A stretch of 62,935 nt of DNA, the filler included, from Craspedostauros australis (taxonomy: Eukaryota): NCBI GenBank assembly GCA_030167865.1. It is 5 parts of 5 records of this genome, joined end to end, with 100 filler letters (N's around TTAATTAATTAA, not from the genome) between each part and the next. Parts side by side here need not be neighbours in the genome. Positions count along the whole stretch, not along the records: positions 35,549 to 60,424 come from JALAGF010005007.1; positions 60,525 to 62,935 come from JALAGF010005008.1; 3 more parts are not named here. The stretch is one strand, 5' to 3'. A program made the position numbers and the translations under genes. Numbering within the stretch: the first letter of the stretch is position 1; every line of letters begins with the position of its first letter. Positions 58,570-62,935 of the stretch are shown here, piece by piece. A model generated the notes under the pieces. The model had not been told where the DNA came from, searched no databases, and saw only the letters and a list, made by a program, of their open reading frames with translations.

Positions 58570-60424
58570 ATGCCTCCAACTCGGCCACGTGGATCGGCAT
58601 CCAAGTCCACGTCGAAGGCTGCAACGAAGTCCACATCATCTTCTGGTGCGGAAGGTCTCCAGCTCTACAAGGGAACCACTCCACAATGGAGAATCGGGAA
58701 GATGCTCGGTGCTGGTGCGTGCGGCACCGTGCATGAGCTTCTGTCACTCAAGCCATCGTCGGCCTTCACCTCAAACGACTTTGCCATCAAGATCGCACCG
58801 CTCCCCACCAAGACCACCAAGAAGCGCAACTCGCCTGCTGAGGTCAACGCATCTCGGCTCTACTACGAGCACAACATGTATCACAATCAGTTCCAGACTC
58901 TGCAGGGCACCTTCGTTCCTCGTTTGCCACCCAGCAAAGGGCCGCAGGCATTCGGTGACATCTCAGGTGAGCTTGTGAGGCAGGCATATTGTTGACTGTG
59001 CTGAAAGTGATGAGTGATGAGTGATAAGTGTGATGGATATGTTCGATCAGTGGCGTCTGCTTCGTTTGCTGACATTGTTGGATCCTCCATCATACCATGA
59101 TGCCGTCATGCCATCTCATCATCGTACTAATCTCACTAATCTCACCAAGCCCAATTCTCTCTCATGCCATCCATACATACATACCTTCATCCATCCCTTC
59201 ATTCATCCACATGTTCATCTGCACATACGTATTCGTACAAACGTAGGCTTCCGATTCATGGTGATGGAACGGATGCACAGCCCGCTCGAGATGATTGTCC
59301 CGCTCCTCCTCGAACTTGCCACTCCATCCAACAGTGCCACCACCAAAACCTCAAGGAGCTCAAAGAGCTCAAGGAGCAACAGAAGCTCCAAGAGTGACAG
59401 CGGAGGTTCCCGCGTGGTGCCATTCGGACCAGTTGCTGCACAGCTGATCAAGTCTATACAAGCCATCCACGAGTGCAGACACATCGTCATCGATGTCAAG
59501 ACCGACAACTTCATGTTGGCTCCATCCACTACCTCACCAGCATTCCCAAAGATCAAATCAACCAAGTCTGCAAAGTCTTCGAAATCAACAAAAGCAACCA
59601 AATCAACAAAAGCAACTGCAGCAGCAGCTCTCGCTCAACGCATCCGCATCCTCGATCTCGCCCTCGTCCAACCAAGGGCCACCTTCTCTGCTTCGCACAG
59701 ACCGAACGAGACCGCTGACGGAATCAAGGCAGGCACGCCACTCTACGCATCGCTCAACGTCCATCAAGGACAGACACCGAGTCGCAGGGACGATCTGGAA
59801 GCACTCGCGTACATCATCGCAGAGCTCATCATGCAGCTGTCGTCTGGTGGGGACATGTCCCTCACGTTGCCATGGAGCAACGGAAAGTCGGATGAAGACA
59901 TCGGCAACATCAAGGAATCGCATGTGACCAACCCCGATTCTGACTTCTACAAGATGCTTGGACCGGTTGAGGTGGGCGACACGTTCCGCAAGTTCCTTGA
60001 TGAGATCAGAGGGTATTCGTACAAGCAGGAGCCTGACTATGATGGTCTTGTGGAGATGCTCCTCGATCTTGATGTGGTGGTGGTTGATGGTGATGGTAGT
60101 ACTCGTACTAGTGGTGGTGCTATTGGTGGTGCTAATGACGATGGTTTGTCGTCAAAGAAGGCAACACCGAAGCAGCCATCTGCAACAGCGAAGGAATCGA
60201 TGGCATCGATGGCAACAAGAACGACCAGGGCAACCAGGGCAAGCAGAGCAACCAGATCGAGCAAAGCAGTTAGAGCACCGGCAGAAGAGCCAGCCACGGC
60301 TCCAGCCACAGCTCCAGCCACGGCTACAGCCAAGCGAGCAGGTACCAAGAGAAGAGCAACACGAGCCTCGCAAGCGTCAGAAGTAGCAGCAGCTGCAGCT
60401 ACGCCTGCTTCATCCTTGGCGCAG
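58570..60424 (+). CDS. CK1/VRK-group protein kinase, 3' truncated by gap; exons 58570-58966, 59247-60424+
   Basis: IGKMLGAGACGTV, FAIK, spliced GFRFMVMERM, DVKTDN, GTPLYAS..H.G...SRRDDLEAL..LPW, PDY. Confidence 0.9.
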
Positions 60425-60795
60425 NNNNNNNNNNNNNNNNNNNNNNNNNNNNNNNNNNNNNNNNNNNNTTAATTAATTAANNNNNNNNNNNNNNNNNNNN
60501 NNNNNNNNNNNNNNNNNNNNNNNNGCAGGGAGGGGTGATGCCGACAGTACCATCTCCAGAAGGAGGTGGTGACACGCCGACTCCACCATCCCAACATCCA
60601 TCTCCTCATGCCGTTGCATCCGGCTTCCAGGTTCTGCATATCCGCCGTATCCCATTGATTCGCAGAACCCTTGACCAGCTGATCCATCCAGAGGTGAGTG
60701 GGAATGGATGCGTCGTCGGACTTGGTAGCCTTCTGAGCGCGCCGGNNNNNNNNNNNNNNNNNNNNNNNNNNNNNNNNNNNNNNNNNNNNNNNNNN

Positions 60796-62289
60796 TGAAA
60801 CAGCAACAACCTTGGTGGTGACACGACGCAGGGAGGGGTGATGCCGACAGTACCATCTCCAGAAGGAGGTGGTGACACGTCGACTCCACCATCCCAACAT
60901 CCATCTCCTCAGGCCATTGCATCCGGCTTCCAGGTTCTGCATATCCGCCGTATCCCATTGATTTACAGAACCCTTGACCAGCTGATCCATCCAGAGGTGA
61001 GTGGGAATGGATGCGTCGTCGGACTTAGTAGCCTTCTGAGCGCGCCGGTTCCATTCTGCCTCCTCCAGCACGCTGCGCTGAAGTTCTGATGGAGCCACCC
61101 ATGTCTTGATGGGAGGGTGACTGGCTGCTGATGAATCTGTGGAATCAGGAGTACAAGACGAGTTGTCGTTGGTAAGTGACGAGGCAGGAGGAGAGACGGA
61201 GCTGATGGTGTGGAGCGATGAAGTGAGAGGCATGGAATCGCCAGAAGATGGTAGCAACATAGAGTTGGTAGTAACACGGTGAGCGGTAGATGCCGCTGCA
61301 GCGGATCCAGGAATGAATACCGCTGCAGACGGACTCAAGCCGCGACCGGCGGAAGATGGAGGCGAACTGACAGGACGGCAGCCAGTCGCAAAGGAAGAAG
61401 AATCGAAAAGAAAAGTACCCCCCTNGTTGAATGTGCAAAGTTGGGACAAAACAGAGAANAACAANTTGCNNGGGAGCGCAGAAGNAGAAGCAGAAGGAAG
61501 GGTGAGAGCAACCGTATCAGGGAAGTCGAGCGCACGAAGACGCTCGAACGACCGAAGCGGGCGAGCGCACCACTTGCCACGACCGAACACGGAAGGCGCC
61601 AGCACAAACTCCGACCGAAGGCAACCGATCGGGATGAGACCACCAGGATGCAGCACAGGTTTACCATACACCTTCACGGCGTCCACGCGGATGACGCGAA
61701 GAGGTCCAACATTGAGGTTGGGTGGAGGAGGAGGATGCCAGTGCTGAGACGATTGCTTGTCGTCCAGCACCGAGTGCAGAGTGCGAGGAACCGAATGAAT
61801 CTGTAGGGGGCCTTGNNGAGGCNAAGGGCATCGCCAGAAGATAGTCNGAGAGCCTACGGCATNGGTGACGCCACCGACCTGTGAGTGCTCCACGCGCCAA
61901 GACCTTGCCGACCAACCAGGTGGAAGCCAGCGAGAGCGATGCGATGAAGCAACCACAACGAGAGAACTGGCATCAACAGCAGAGAAGAGGGATTTGGTGA
62001 TGGAATGCTCGGCTAGTAGCAGATTAACGCTGTTGAGCTGCGCCACAGAGGGTGCTGCTGGTTGCAGCACCACCAATGGGAGCAGCTGCCGGATGATCGC
62101 GCCATCCTCGTCAGAGCCAGACCAGCCGGCGATGAAACCGACAGACAGCCCCAGCGAGTCAAGATCGAACACCCAAGCCGGGCATCGCGAAGCAACGACG
62201 CCCGCACAGCAATCAGTCTGCTGCAACCTGCGCCCAACTGTGCCCCGAGTCACGCCGTGCAAGGATGGTCTGGAATCCACACCATCCAT
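60796..62289 (-). CDS. ORF2 N-terminal part with a degenerate C5 DNA-methyltransferase-like region
   Basis: WCARPLRSFERLRALDFPD resembles MTase motif IX; GWSARSWRVEHSQVGG resembles the motif VII-VIII region; no FxGxG or PCQ. Confidence 0.45.
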
Positions 62290-62316
62290 TGCAACAGCCG
62301 ACTCAGGAGCCGCGTC

Positions 62317-62935
62317 TCAGTTACTGTTCTTCTTCTTCTGTTGGTTGAGCTCGTTCTTCGCATTGGCACCAGCCCGCTTGGCCTCAGCAGCCTTCTTGCC
62401 GCTGCGCTCAGCCTCGTCCATGGCATCCTGTGCCAGCAACTTGACAAGCTTGAGCTCATCGCGCAGCTTCTCCATCTCGGACCTGTCGACACGCTCAGAG
62501 AGCTGGTACATGGACAGCGCCCGAGNNNNNNNNNNNNNNNNNNNNNNNNNNNNNNNNNNNNNNNNNNNNNNNNNNNNNNNNNNNNNNNNNNNNNNNNNNN
62601 NNNNNNNNNNNNNNNNNNNNNNNNNNNNNNNNNNNNNNNNGACCAAACTGGAGTCAGATCGGACCAGATGTAGCTCGTCAAAGACGGAGCAGACGCATCG
62701 GCCGACCAAGTTCCAAGCCGAGGCGGCCTGAAAGTTGGATGCCGACACGAGGTCATGGTAGAAGGTCTGCATGAATGAGGTGAGCCCATGCCAATGGATC
62801 TCAGCGCGCCTACTAAGGTAGCGAGCAAGGGCCGCCTGGGCAGGGTTGCCACAGGACGGGACCTTTCCGTTGATGCCTTGTAGGTACCCACGGTAGGACG
62901 AGGAGACGATGCCACGGTAGGATGACATGCCATTG
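62317..62935 (-). CDS. gag-like ORF1 C-terminus with coiled coil (partial)
   Basis: Open frame running off the window; AWNLVGRCVCSVFDELHLVRS, then a charged coiled-coil tail; stop 28 bp before the ORF2 ATG. Confidence 0.5.
   Translation of the reverse strand, partial: NGMSSYRGIVSSSYRGYLQGINGKVPSCGNPAQAALARYLSRRAEIHWHGLTSFMQTFYHDLVSASNFQAASAWNLVGRCVCSVFDELHLVRSDSSLVXXXXXXXXXXXXXXXXXXXXXXXXXXXXXXXXXXXXXXXRALSMYQLSERVDRSEMEKLRDELKLVKLLAQDAMDEAERSGKKAAEAKRAGANAKNELNQQKKKNSN

Larger units (their letters stand above)
60524..62935 (-). mobile_element. probable tyrosine-recombinase (DIRS/Ngaro-like) retroelement fragment: gag-like ORF1 end plus ORF2 N-terminus
   Basis: Two tandem minus ORFs in an N-rich multi-copy contig. 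ORF2 ends in KATKSDDASIPTHLW..LRRWMLGWW, a motif I associate with the pre-RT region of such algal elements. RT and YR are not in the window. Confidence 0.5.

Noticed and set aside
60524..60745. Tandem domain duplication in ORF2
   Set aside because: A near-identical copy separated by Ns at a contig end; most likely a redundant haplotype or paralog fragment.

Overview
Eukaryotic nuclear DNA, most likely from a diatom (inferred from CoDi-like Ty1/copia elements, diatom-type gene families and GT-AG introns). It is a join of at least five pieces separated by N-flanked artificial TTAATTAATTAA spacers (30230, 31513, 35493, 60469), so adjacency across those spacers is not evidence. (1) 1-9.9 kb is a nested retrotransposon cluster: a + strand copia pol with an extra domain between integrase and RT, and a degenerate - strand relative with an AG..CT-ended LTR and an overlapping tRNA-iMet-like PBS, itself hit by two further LTRs. 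(2) 10-16 kb holds host genes: an FHA protein with a forkhead-like C-terminal domain, a membrane protein, and a Rad60/NIP45-like SUMO-like-domain protein. (3) 17.5-24.2 kb is a Sola3-like DNA transposon with about 150-bp TIRs. Its transposase can be rebuilt after removing a solo LTR (TSD CACAT) and a TA-flanked TIR element. (4) Then come a PA-domain M36 fungalysin, an NDUFAF3/Mth938-like gene, and short TE contigs in which a copia gag-PR-IN fragment is bracketed by inverted copies of one LTR end. (5) 38-60 kb holds a CRAL-TRIO-like/Cys-His fusion, a class I aminotransferase, an M32 carboxypeptidase, a RING-H2 ligase, a PDZ-ferredoxin and an atypical CK1/VRK kinase. (6) The last contig is a probable tyrosine-recombinase-type retroelement carrying a degenerate cytosine-methyltransferase-like domain. 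All family assignments come from visual motif recognition, not from database searches.
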